Source of the DNA: Pseudorhodoplanes sp.
GTDB taxonomy: Bacteria; Pseudomonadota; Alphaproteobacteria; Rhizobiales; Xanthobacteraceae
Length of the DNA: 64,000 bases
Assembly (NCBI GenBank): GCA_019187085.1
Contig: JABARS010000037.1
Coordinates: 1,334-65,333 of the forward strand
Reading direction: 5' to 3'
Shown here: piece after piece, positions 51,346-59,156 of the stretch
Layout of the letters: every line of letters starts with the position of its first letter
Position numbering within the stretch: the first letter of the stretch is position 1
The notes under the pieces: model-generated
What the model was told of the DNA's origin: nothing
Seen by the model: the letters and a program-made list of their open reading frames with translations, nothing else
The model's database searches: none
Position numbers and translations under genes: made by a program

Positions 51346-51837
51346 CTATCGCAGCGTCACCGCCATGCCGTTCAGATCGAGATTGACGATCAGTCCGGTC
51401 TGCCGGCCGGAAAGTTCCATCACCGCGCCCTTCTGGTTGGTGAGGATCACCGCCTGCGGTCCGCGGATCACCGCTGCGCCCGCCGCACCCGCGCCATAGA
51501 CGCCTTCGACATCGCGCGGATGGAAGATATTGCTCACGCGGCCGCGCAGGTCGGTCTTCGAGCCGCCGAAGGTGAGGCCATAGCTCAGGCCGCCGATTCT
51601 CAGGCGATAGACGCGGCCGCGGAAATTCAGCGTGCCTTCGCCGATCGTGCCGCCGATCACCCAGCCGGCCTTGATGAAGGAGATGCGCACCGTGCCGCTG
51701 TCGGCGCGCGCGCTGGAGAGCGGGCCGGCGACGAGCAGGGCCGCGACGGCGGCGAGGCCCAGACGCCTGATGAAGGTCGTGCAGCGGGACAGGTGCGAAC
51801 GAGACATTTGCGAGTGAGACATGCGCGAATAGGCCAT
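51346..51837 (-). CDS. Exported protein of unknown function (weak DUF1134/EipA-like pattern)
   Basis: Signal peptide ...LGLAAVAALLVAGPLSSARA. Mature part is Gly-rich beta-type: GGTIGEGTLNFRGRVYRLRIGGLSYGLTFGGSKTDLRGRVSNIF...GAGAAGAAVIRG. Three in-frame ATG starts (51837, 51822, 51807). Confidence 0.6.
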   Translation of the reverse strand: MAYSRMSHSQMSRSHLSRCTTFIRRLGLAAVAALLVAGPLSSARADSGTVRISFIKAGWVIGGTIGEGTLNFRGRVYRLRIGGLSYGLTFGGSKTDLRGRVSNIFHPRDVEGVYGAGAAGAAVIRGPQAVILTNQKGAVMELSGRQTGLIVNLDLNGMAVTLR

Positions 51838-52009
51838 GGGGCGCTCCTCTAGTTTCGCCGACTATGTCAGATTCGAAACGCACGCAGCAGCGCCGGCATC
51901 CGCCCGGCGCGAAAAGAAGACAACGGCCTGCCGGCCGGCGGTAACCCGTCACCCTACGCAGCCGGAATTTGCAGCCGGGCCCGAGGAACAGGACAGGCGT
52001 CGCATATTC

Positions 52010-52175
52010 TTCGTCGTCCCGGCCGGGTGCTCCCTCTTTGTCGTCCCAGCCGACCCCTCCTTCTGTCATCCCGGCCGAGCATTCTTTCTTCGTTACCCCG
52101 GCCGAGCATTTCATCTTCGTCCCCGCCGAGCATTCTCCCTTCGTCATCCCGGCCGAGCGCAGCGAGAGCCGGGAT
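52010..52175 (+). repeat. Tandem array of six head-to-tail REP half-units (24-28 nt) ending in one complete hairpin unit
   Basis: Six head-to-tail units:
- 52010 TTCGTCGTCCCGGCCGGGTGCTCCCTC
- 52037 TTTGTCGTCCCAGCCGACCCCTCC
- 52061 TTCTGTCATCCCGGCCGAGCATTCTTTC
- 52089 TTCGTTACCCCGGCCGAGCATTTCATC
- 52116 TTCGTCCCCGCCGAGCATTCTCCC
- 52140 TTCGTCATCCCGGCCGAGCGCAGCGAGAGCCGGGAT (hairpin ATCCCGGC/GCCGGGAT). Confidence 0.85.
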
Positions 52176-52256
52176 CGTTGCCGGCTGGCATCGCCGCCGT
52201 CTCGCGTCTCGCTGCCGCCGCTCCAATGCGTCACGGTCCCAGATCGCGTGCGCGCG

Positions 52257-52472
52257 TCAGGTCGCCGCCCACCAGGTCCAGACGATCTTGCCGAGCGCGA
52301 ACGCCACCACGCAGCCGACCACGACGAGAAAGATCGTGACCGCAAGATCGATCTGCTTCTTGGCCTCGCGCATCGCCGCGCCGAGCTTCGTTGGCCGCCG
52401 CCCGAGCATCGAACGCACGAACAGGATGGCCGGGATGAGGGCGGAGAGGACGGCGATGATTTTCAGAAGCAT
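52257..52472 (-). CDS. Small two-TM membrane protein (71 aa), unknown function
   Basis: MLLKIIAVLSALIPAILFV...basic loop...LAVTIFLVVVGCVVAFALGKIVWTWW. Codon usage looks like that of the neighbouring genes. Confidence 0.5.
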   Translation of the reverse strand: MLLKIIAVLSALIPAILFVRSMLGRRPTKLGAAMREAKKQIDLAVTIFLVVVGCVVAFALGKIVWTWWAAT

Positions 52473-52575
52473 GGCGGCAGTCTAGGGGGTGGGCCGGCAA
52501 AGGGAAAGGCGGGCGCGACCGCTTGCGGCAGGCCGTGCGCGCATGCTGTTGTCGAAAGCGAAAAGGGAGGACGCC

Positions 52576-53019
52576 ATGTCGCCGATCATGTCGCCGGTCG
52601 CGCGCGCGGCCGCCGTCGCGCTGCTTGTGTCCGTCGCCTTCGCGTCCGCCGCGGCGCAGACGCCGGCCAGGACCTACACGGTCGAGCTCGACGCGGAGAA
52701 GGACTATTTCGCGCCCGGCACGGTGCGCATTGTCGCGATGTCGCGCGCGGCGGGGCCGGTCGAGGTCGGCGCGCTCGACGTCACCGTGCGCCGGCGCATT
52801 GCGGTTTCCGTGCCGGTGGATGCGCGCGAGCTTGTGTTCAATCTGGGTTCGGCCGGGAGCAAGGACATCGTTGCGCGGCTGAAGCTGTCTTCGGGCAGCG
52901 GCACGATCGTCGTGAGGCCGCTTTCGAATGCCGGCTCCGCGTCCGGCCTCGCCTGGATGCTCGGGCGCAGGGGCGGGATCAAGGTGGAGCGGCTGATGGT
53001 GCAGTTCAAAGGCGATTGA
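52576..53019 (+). CDS. Exported protein of unknown function
   Basis: Signal peptide MSPIMSPVARAAAVALLVSVAFASAAAQ. The mature ~120 aa look like beta-sandwich sequence. I recognise no family. A terminator follows at 53101. Confidence 0.55.
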   Translation: MSPIMSPVARAAAVALLVSVAFASAAAQTPARTYTVELDAEKDYFAPGTVRIVAMSRAAGPVEVGALDVTVRRRIAVSVPVDARELVFNLGSAGSKDIVARLKLSSGSGTIVVRPLSNAGSASGLAWMLGRRGGIKVERLMVQFKGD

Positions 53020-53100
53020 TGCGGCCGGGTTGTCGCGCATCGCTTCGCATCCTCGTCCTGTCTGCCGCGGTCGTGCCTGATTGCCCTGTTGTTTGCCGTG

Positions 53101-53127
53101 GGCGCGTTCACGCGCCCCTGTTTTTTT
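53101..53127 (+). terminator. Rho-independent terminator
   Basis: GGCGCG-ttca-CGCGCC, then cctg and TTTTTTT. Confidence 0.75.
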
Positions 53128-53129
53128 GA

Positions 53130-53450
53130 AAGACGCGGGGTGCGTCTTCAGTCCCGTCGTCCCGGACGCGCGTCGCGCGGGCCGGGACCGTGTGCCCCGC
53201 ACCTGCAAGGTGAGGGGAGATGGAGCGCCGGAAGGCGCTTCCAACCAGAGCCCGCCTTGCGACGGGCGCGCACCTTCTTTCGAAAGCGCGCACGCCTCTC
53301 GGCGCTCCATCGCGGCGTTCTTGTCCCGACGCCGGGCCGCGCTTTCGTCCGGGACCCTTCCCCGGATCGTCAGCAAGCTCCTTGCGGGCGGCCGTAGTAC
53401 CGCCGGGCGGAGCCCCGGCGCCGCCCGAGTGCGGGTTTGCGAAACCCGCC
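53130..53450. repeat. Cluster of REP-like palindromes in a 640-bp non-coding spacer
   Basis: Four palindromes:
- AAGACGC-ggggt-GCGTCTT (53130-53148)
- GTCCCGGACGCGCG..GCGCGGGCCGGGAC (53159-53188)
- GTCCCGACGCCGGGCCGCGCTTTCGTCCGGGAC (53323-53355)
- GCGGGTTT-gcg-AAACCCGC (53432-53450). Confidence 0.65.
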
Positions 53451-53628
53451 CGCAGGCGCCGCACCCGATCCGCTACTCAAGACGCCTCTTAAGCGGCGTC
53501 CCCTCGCGACCGGGCAGAGATAGGAATATAATCATTTTGTGGGGATGTCAACTTCAATCTGGCGCGCCGGGATTCGTGCTCTCGCCAGGCGGCGACGCGA
53601 GACCCGGTCGGTGCATTGCGCGGCAGGC

Positions 53629-53657
53629 ATGACGAACAGAGCTATTTTGGATATATT
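53629..53657 (+). promoter_or_regulatory. Candidate sigma70-type promoter placing the transcription start at the antitoxin ATG (leaderless geometry)
   Basis: ATGACG (53629-34), a 17-nt spacer, then TATATT (53652-57). The A of the ATG at 53664 lies 7 nt downstream of the -10. No Shine-Dalgarno is visible. Confidence 0.35.
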
Positions 53658-53663
53658 TGAGCC

Positions 53664-53882
53664 ATGAACTCCGCCGTGAAAGACATTCTGAAGAACGTCG
53701 CGAACTGGCCGGAAGAAGACCAGCAGGAACTCGCGGAGCTTGCGCGCGAAATCGAGGCGCGGCGCACCGGCGTTTATGTGCTGAGCGACGCCGAGCGCGC
53801 GGCGATCGCCGAGGCGCGGCGCGGGGCCTTTGCCTCGGACGATGAGGCCGCGGCGTTCTGGAAGCGGCACGGGCTCGCATGA
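53664..53882 (+). CDS. Putative antitoxin partner of the ParE-family toxin (helical, non-RHH type; family not identified)
   Basis: 72-aa acidic protein (…NWPEEDQQELAELAREIEARR…). Its stop overlaps the toxin start (ATGA). Size and position are typical of an antitoxin. Confidence 0.65.
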   Translation: MNSAVKDILKNVANWPEEDQQELAELAREIEARRTGVYVLSDAERAAIAEARRGAFASDDEAAAFWKRHGLA

Positions 53883-54169
53883 AGGTCCGCTATCGCGCGC
53901 TGGCGCTGGCGGATATCGAGAGCATTTTCGCTTATCTCAACGAACGCAGCCCAGGTGGGGCGCGCAACGTATTGCGGGCGATCCATGACGCCGTTGCGGA
54001 GATCGCCGTGTATCCGCAATCGGGATTGCAGACGTCTGTGGCCGATATCCGCGTGAAGATTCTGGGACGCTACCGTTACAAGATTTTCTACAGTGTCGGC
54101 GAAGATACCATCGAGATCGTTCACGTTCGCCACGCGGCGCGCAGGCCGTGGACGGGCGTCGAGGAATGA
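53879..54169 (+). CDS. parE: Type II toxin, RelE/ParE family
   Basis: MKVRYRALALADIESIFAYLNERSP..A..VL.AI......I...P..G......IRVKILGRYRYKIFYSVGEDTIEIVHVRHAARRP matches the ParE_toxin pattern. Confidence 0.85.
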   Translation: MKVRYRALALADIESIFAYLNERSPGGARNVLRAIHDAVAEIAVYPQSGLQTSVADIRVKILGRYRYKIFYSVGEDTIEIVHVRHAARRPWTGVEE

Positions 54170-54182
54170 ATGCTATGATTGA

Positions 54183-54434
54183 TTATTCCGCTGCGTGATC
54201 GACCCGTTTCGTCATGTCGCCGCGGCCTGCAATTAGTCCGGCGACGGAAATGTCCTCGTCGATGTCTTCCCAGTGCAGGCCCGTACGGCTGATCTCGACC
54301 TTGGCGCGCTGTTGCGGCGTGGCGTTCAGGAGGCGCGGAAACCACGCCAGCGGCACTCCGAGCGTGCGGCCGTCCGACAGGTCGACCCACATTGTATGCT
54401 CGTCGAAGCTGACCTTAAGCGCCGAAATGGTCAT
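54183..54434 (-). CDS. DUF2442 domain-containing protein
   Basis: MTISALKVSFDEHTMWVDLSDGRTLGVPLAWFPRLLNATPQQRAKVEISRTGLHWEDIDEDISVAGLI is the DUF2442 pattern. It lies downstream of, and overlaps by 20 nt, the DUF4160 reading frame. Confidence 0.8.
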   Translation of the reverse strand: MTISALKVSFDEHTMWVDLSDGRTLGVPLAWFPRLLNATPQQRAKVEISRTGLHWEDIDEDISVAGLIAGRGDMTKRVDHAAE

Positions 54435-54662
54435 GCCATGCCTTTCGGATGAATTCCCGATTGTCCAAAACGATCCGCAATATATCGCCAAGCTCGCTGG
54501 AATTGAAGCCGTAGCTTTCGGCGATCGAGACATCGGGCTCAATCCAGATTTTGGCGTCGCATCCGCGTCCCTTGACATGAACATGTGCAGTTCGCGCGGC
54601 GAGCCTTCGTTCGAATAGAAGAAATAGCGAAGACCGGAATCGCGCAAGACAATGGGCATCAT
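54415..54662 (-). pseudogene. DUF4160 domain gene interrupted by a 1-nt frameshift
   Basis: The N-terminus MMPIVLRDSGLRYFFYSNEGSPRE is in one frame (from 54662). The rest, AHVHVKGRGCDAKIWIEPDVSIAESYGFNSSELGDILRIVLDNREFIRKAWHDHFGA, is in the -1 frame. The switch lies within 54586-54594. Restoring one base (gaaCctgca) would give the family-typical E-P-A-H-V-H-V. Confidence 0.75.
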
Positions 54663-54877
54663 CTACCCCTAATCGGGAATGCCGTTCCAATGTCATACTT
54701 CGCAAGAGCGGTGCATCCAGCGATCGTTGCGGCGAATACCGGATTGTCCGCCTGCAGGGGCTACGGTTACTGATATGGCACAGCTAAACTTCGAGAAGAA
54801 TCTCCGAACACTGAAGATAATTATTGCCACGTACTGGTATTGGATCTGTTTAGCTTTCGATGGAAGTAGGGCCTGTC

Positions 54878-55046
54878 ATTGCCGGGCCTGACCCGGCAAT
54901 CCATCCTCCTGATGCGATCCGTCTTTTCGATGGATGCGCGGGTCAAGCCCGCGCATGACGATACCGAATAAGCTTGAATTACTATAGAAAGGGCGGCCAA
55001 AAGGCCGCCCTTTGAATTCGTAGATGGCCGGGTCAGGCCCCGCCAT
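54878..55046. repeat. Three REP-like hairpins (type B: (C)ATxxCCGGG-5 nt-CCCGGxxAT(GACG))
   Basis: Three hairpins:
- ATTGCCGGG-cctga-CCCGGCAAT (54878-54900)
- ATGCGCGGG-tcaag-CCCGCGCAT (54934-54956)
- ATGGCCGGG-tcagg-CCCCGCCAT (55024-55046, one mismatch)
The latter two are followed by GACG. Confidence 0.75.
54988..55013. terminator. Bidirectional-looking stem-loop terminator downstream of nrdJ
   Basis: AAA-GGGCGGCC-aaaa-GGCCGCCC-TTT. It lies 56 nt beyond the nrdJ stop. Confidence 0.6.
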
Positions 55047-55068
55047 GACGAAATTGAGGGGCCTAAGC

Positions 55069-58000
55069 TTAAGAACACCCCGTCGTTGACCCGCACGTAT
55101 CGCACTTCATGCAGGTGCCGTTGCGCACGAGGGTGAAGTTGCCGCATTCGCCGCAGGCTTCGCCTTCGTAGCCCTTGGCGCGGGCTTCGGCGCGCTTCTC
55201 GGCGGCCTGCGCCTTGGCGGTGCCGCGCTCGGATGTCTCGATCAGGCTGCGCATACGGTCTTCCACCTGCTGCCATTCGAGATTGTCGATCGTGCGCGCC
55301 TCCACCTGCTGCGTGGGGGAGAGCTTTCCTTCGGGCTCGGCTTTCAGCGCGGTCGCGCCGGCCGCTTTCAGCGCGGTGACGTTGCCGCCGGCCGCGGGCG
55401 CCGCGGGCCCGCCGGCCACGACGCCGAGCCGGTCGGTACGCGAGCGCGTCAGCCCCTTCGACACATATTGCACGGCCGGCGGTGCCTTGCCTTCGGCGAC
55501 GCCCTTGCCGAGCGCGTCGAACCCGCTTTCGCTCGGATCGACATGGGCGAGGTCGAAGCGCGCGAGATAGCTCACCGCCAGCTCGCGGAACACGTAATCG
55601 AGGATCGAGGTCGCGTACTTGATCGAGTCGTTGCCCTGCACGGGGCCGCTCGGCTCGAAGCGCGTGAAGGTGAAGGCGTCGACATATTCCTCGAGCGGCA
55701 CGCCGTATTGCAGGCCGAGCGAGACCGCGATCGCGAAATTGTTGATGAAGGAGCGCAAGGCCGCGCCTTCCTTGTGCATGTCGATGAAGATTTCGCCGAG
55801 CCGCCCGTCGTCGTATTCGCCGGTGCGCAGATAGACCTTGTGGCCGCCGACGACCGCCTTCTGCGTATAGCCCTTGCGGCGGTCGGGCATGCGCTCGCGC
55901 TCGCGCAACACGACCATGCGCTCGACCACCTTCTCGACGATCTTCTCGGTCAGCGCGGTCGCGCGCGCAGCCGCCGGCTTCTCGATGAAGGCCTCGACCG
56001 CGTCGTCCTCGTCGTCCTCCTCGGCGATGAGCTGCGCGTTGAGCGGCTGGGAGAGCTTGGAGCCGTCGCGATAGAGCGCGTTGGCCTTCAGCGCCAGCTT
56101 CCAGGAGAGCATGTAGGCGGCCTTGCAGTCCTCCACGCCCGCCTCGTTGGGCATGTTGATGGTCTTGGAGATGGCGCCGGAGATGAAGGGCTGCGCCGCC
56201 GCCATCATGCGGATGTGGCTTTCCACCGACAGATAGCGCTTGCCGGTGCGCCCGCACGGATTGGCGCAGTCGAACACCGCATAATGCTCGGCCTTCAGGT
56301 GCGGGGCGCCTTCCACCGTCATCGCGCCGCAGACGTGCACGTTGGCGGCCTCGATCTCGCGTTTGGTGAAGCCCAGATGCGTCAGCAGGTCGAAAGTGGG
56401 CGACGCCAGCGCCTCGGCCGGAATGTCGAGCGCGGCGCGGCAGAAATCCTCGCCCAGCGTCCATTTGTTGAAGGCGAACTTGATGTCGAAGGCGGTCGGC
56501 AGCGCCTTTTCCACTTTCGCAAGCGCTTCCTCGGTGAAGCCCTTGGCCTTGAGCGTGGTGTGGTTGATGCCCGGCGCGTTGGAGAGCGTGCCGTGACCCA
56601 CTGCATAGGCCTCGATCTCGGCGATCTCGCTTTCGCTGTAGCCGAGCGCGCGCAGCGCCTCCGGCACGGCGCGGTTGATGATCTTGAAATAGCCGCCGCC
56701 GGCGAGCTTCTTGAACTTCACCAGCGCGAAATCGGGCTCGATGCCGGTGGTGTCGCAATCCATGACGAGGCCGATCGTGCCGGTCGGCGCGATCACGCTC
56801 GCCTGCGCGTTGCGGTAGCCGTGCTCCTCGCCGAGCGTCAGCGCGCGGTCCCAGGCGCGCTTTGCGTGCTCGACAAGACGCGCGTCTGGGCAGGCGGCGC
56901 CGTCGAGCGGCACCGGCGGGGTCGCGACCTGCTCGTAGCCGGTGCGCTCGCCATAGGCCGCGCGGCGATGGTTGCGCATCACGCGCAGCATGTGGTCGCG
57001 GTTCTTGCCATAGCCCGGGAAGGCGCCGAGCAGCCCCGCCATCTCGGCCGAGGTCGCATACGACACGCCGGTCATGATCGCGGTCAGCGCCGCGCACAGC
57101 GCACGGCCGGCCTCCGAGTCATAGGAGATGCCCGAGGACATGAGCAGGCCGCCGATATTGGCGTAGCCCAAGCCCAGCGTGCGAAACTCGTAGGAGAGCA
57201 GCGCAATCTCCCGGGAGGGGAACTGCGCCATCAGCACCGAGATTTCGAGCACGACCGTCCACAGCCGCACCGCGTGCTCGTAACCCTCGACGTCGAACTG
57301 CTTGGTGGCCGCATCGCGGAATGCCAGCAGGTTGAGGGAAGCGAGATTGCAGGCCGTGTCGTCGAGGAACATGTATTCCGAGCACGGATTGGAGGCGCGG
57401 ATTTCGCCGGACGCCGGGCAAGTGTGCCAGTCGTTCACCGTGGTGTGGAATTGCAGGCCGGGATCGGCGCAGGCCCAGGCGGCGTAGCCGATCTTCTCCC
57501 ACAGGTCGCGCGCCTTCACCGTTCTGGCAATGCCCTTCCTGTTGCGCCAGGTGAGATCCCAGCCGCGGTCGCTTTCCACCGCCTTGAGGAACTCGTCGGT
57601 GACGCGCACCGAGTTGTTGGAGTTCTGGCCGGAGACGGTGAGATAGGCCTCCGAATCCCAGTCGGTGTCGTAGATCGGAAATTCGATGTCGGTATAGCCC
57701 TGGCGCGCGAACTGGATCACGCGCTTGATGAAATTGTCCGGCACGTGGTTCTTGCGCGCGAGCCTGATCTCGCGCTTGAGCGCGGGGTTTTTCTCCGGCG
57801 AGAAGCAGTCGTCGCCCGAGCCCTCGCAATTCACGCAGGCCTTGAGCACCGCGCGCAGATGCTTCTGGTTGATCCTGGAGCCGGTGACGAGGGCGGCGAC
57901 CTTCTGCTCCTCCTTCACCTTCCAGTCGATATATTGCTCGATGTCGGGATGGTCGGCGTCGACCACGACCATCTTGGCCGCGCGGCGCGTGGTGCCGCCC

Positions 58001-58809
58001 GACTTGATCGCGCCGGCGGCGCGGTCGCCGATCTTCAAGAACGACATCAGACCCGAGGACTTGCCGCCGCCGGAGAGCCGCTCGCCTTCGCCGCGCAGCC
58101 GCGAGAAGTTCGTGCCGGTGCCGGAGCCGTACTTGAACAGGCGCGCCTCGCGCACCCACAGGTCCATGATCCCGCCCTCGTTGACGAGGTCGTCGGAGAT
58201 CGACTGGATAAAGCAGGCATGCGGCTGCGGATGCTCGTAGGCGGATTCCGACTTCACCAGTTCGCCGGTCTTGAAGTCGACATAGAAGTGGCCCTGCGAG
58301 GGGCCGTCGATGCCGTAGGCCCAGTGCAGGCCGGTGTTGAACCATTGCGGCGAATTCGGCGCGCACATCTGCATCGCGAGCATGTAGCGCAACTCGTCGA
58401 AGAAGGCCTGCGCGTCGGTTTCCGAATCGAAATAGCCGCCCTTCCAGCCCCAATAGGTCCAAGTGCCGGCGAGACGGTCGAATACCTGCTTGGAGGAATG
58501 CTCGCCGGTCGTGCGCTCGTTTTCCGGCAGTGCGGCGAGGGCGGTGTCGTCGGCGACCGAGCGCCACAGGAAGGAGGGGACGGAATTCTCCTCCACCTTC
58601 TTCAGGCGCGCGGGGACGCCCGCCTTGCGGAAATATTTCTGCGCCAGAACGTCGGAGGCGACCTGCGACCAGAAATCCGGCACCTCGACATTGTCGAGCC
58701 GGAACACGATCGAGCCGTCGGGATTCCTGATCTCGCTCGTGGTGGTCTGGAAGTTGATCTCCGCATAGGGAGACTGGCCGTCCTTGGTGAAGCGCCGCTC
58801 GATCCGCAT
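55069..58809 (-). CDS. nrdJ: Vitamin B12-dependent ribonucleoside-diphosphate reductase (class II)
   Basis: 1246 aa. [20 protein letters not shown]..., the active-site region [21 protein letters not shown], and a C-terminal Cys cluster [28 protein letters not shown]. Start taken at MRIERR (58809). Confidence 0.93.
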   Translation of the reverse strand: MRIERRFTKDGQSPYAEINFQTTTSEIRNPDGSIVFRLDNVEVPDFWSQVASDVLAQKYFRKAGVPARLKKVEENSVPSFLWRSVADDTALAALPENERTTGEHSSKQVFDRLAGTWTYWGWKGGYFDSETDAQAFFDELRYMLAMQMCAPNSPQWFNTGLHWAYGIDGPSQGHFYVDFKTGELVKSESAYEHPQPHACFIQSISDDLVNEGGIMDLWVREARLFKYGSGTGTNFSRLRGEGERLSGGGKSSGLMSFLKIGDRAAGAIKSGGTTRRAAKMVVVDADHPDIEQYIDWKVKEEQKVAALVTGSRINQKHLRAVLKACVNCEGSGDDCFSPEKNPALKREIRLARKNHVPDNFIKRVIQFARQGYTDIEFPIYDTDWDSEAYLTVSGQNSNNSVRVTDEFLKAVESDRGWDLTWRNRKGIARTVKARDLWEKIGYAAWACADPGLQFHTTVNDWHTCPASGEIRASNPCSEYMFLDDTACNLASLNLLAFRDAATKQFDVEGYEHAVRLWTVVLEISVLMAQFPSREIALLSYEFRTLGLGYANIGGLLMSSGISYDSEAGRALCAALTAIMTGVSYATSAEMAGLLGAFPGYGKNRDHMLRVMRNHRRAAYGERTGYEQVATPPVPLDGAACPDARLVEHAKRAWDRALTLGEEHGYRNAQASVIAPTGTIGLVMDCDTTGIEPDFALVKFKKLAGGGYFKIINRAVPEALRALGYSESEIAEIEAYAVGHGTLSNAPGINHTTLKAKGFTEEALAKVEKALPTAFDIKFAFNKWTLGEDFCRAALDIPAEALASPTFDLLTHLGFTKREIEAANVHVCGAMTVEGAPHLKAEHYAVFDCANPCGRTGKRYLSVESHIRMMAAAQPFISGAISKTINMPNEAGVEDCKAAYMLSWKLALKANALYRDGSKLSQPLNAQLIAEEDDEDDAVEAFIEKPAAARATALTEKIVEKVVERMVVLRERERMPDRRKGYTQKAVVGGHKVYLRTGEYDDGRLGEIFIDMHKEGAALRSFINNFAIAVSLGLQYGVPLEEYVDAFTFTRFEPSGPVQGNDSIKYATSILDYVFRELAVSYLARFDLAHVDPSESGFDALGKGVAEGKAPPAVQYVSKGLTRSRTDRLGVVAGGPAAPAAGGNVTALKAAGATALKAEPEGKLSPTQQVEARTIDNLEWQQVEDRMRSLIETSERGTAKAQAAEKRAEARAKGYEGEACGECGNFTLVRNGTCMKCDTCGSTTGCS

Positions 58810-59126
58810 TGTTCTTTTGCCCCGTTCTATCGTCGCCGGCGCCCGGACTACGCCCCGAAGCGGCGACACCATTTCCGGCGCGCCGGACCGTCATGATCCC
58901 ACCGCGTCCGGCCCATTTCCAGACACTGCCCGGCATATGGCTCCGGAACCCGCCCGGGGCACCGGTCCCACACCCGGATTTGATACGTGGCGGTCAGGCC
59001 TCATCCCGCCGCCGGCGACGCAAAGCCGTTCCCGCCAAGCGCCTTTTCCTGGCGGGTGTAGCCTCGCGAAGCGTGATTGGAGCCGCTGCCCGGAGACGCC
59101 GAACACTTCCCGCCGCGGCAATACAA

Positions 59127-59156
59127 ACCCTAGGACAAACCCGTCGCATACGTCAA
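59127..59156 (-). promoter_or_regulatory. Candidate sigma70-type promoter for nrdJ, implying a ~310-nt leader
   Basis: Minus strand reads TTGACG (59156-59151), an 18-nt spacer, then TAGGGT (59132-59127). Confidence 0.3.

Noticed and set aside
52010-52175. Possible CRISPR array, suggested by regularly spaced ~27-nt repeats.
   Set aside because: The units are directly adjacent with no unique spacers, are degenerate, and end in a REP palindrome. No cas genes or leader are present.
50996-52345. 449-aa minus-strand ORF spanning the clpS-distal region, with periodic ...ECSAGMT... peptides.
   Set aside because: It runs through REP arrays and out of frame across the same-strand exported-protein gene (51346-51837). 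The periodic peptide is just the translated tandem half-REP array. Only the last 67 codons (50996-51199) form a plausible gene.
55468-58896. Very long ORFs antisense to real genes. Examples are 1142 aa opposite nrdJ, 845 aa at 5100-7637 opposite lptD, 737 aa at 36429-38642 opposite maeB, 613 aa at 33930-35771 opposite aspS, and 797 aa at 17685-20078 opposite the Mo-oxidoreductase.
   Set aside because: Their translations are low-complexity and Arg/Ala/Gly/Asp-rich with no recognisable motifs. They sit exactly opposite genes with strong family signatures. Stop-codon-poor antisense frames are expected in high-G+C DNA.
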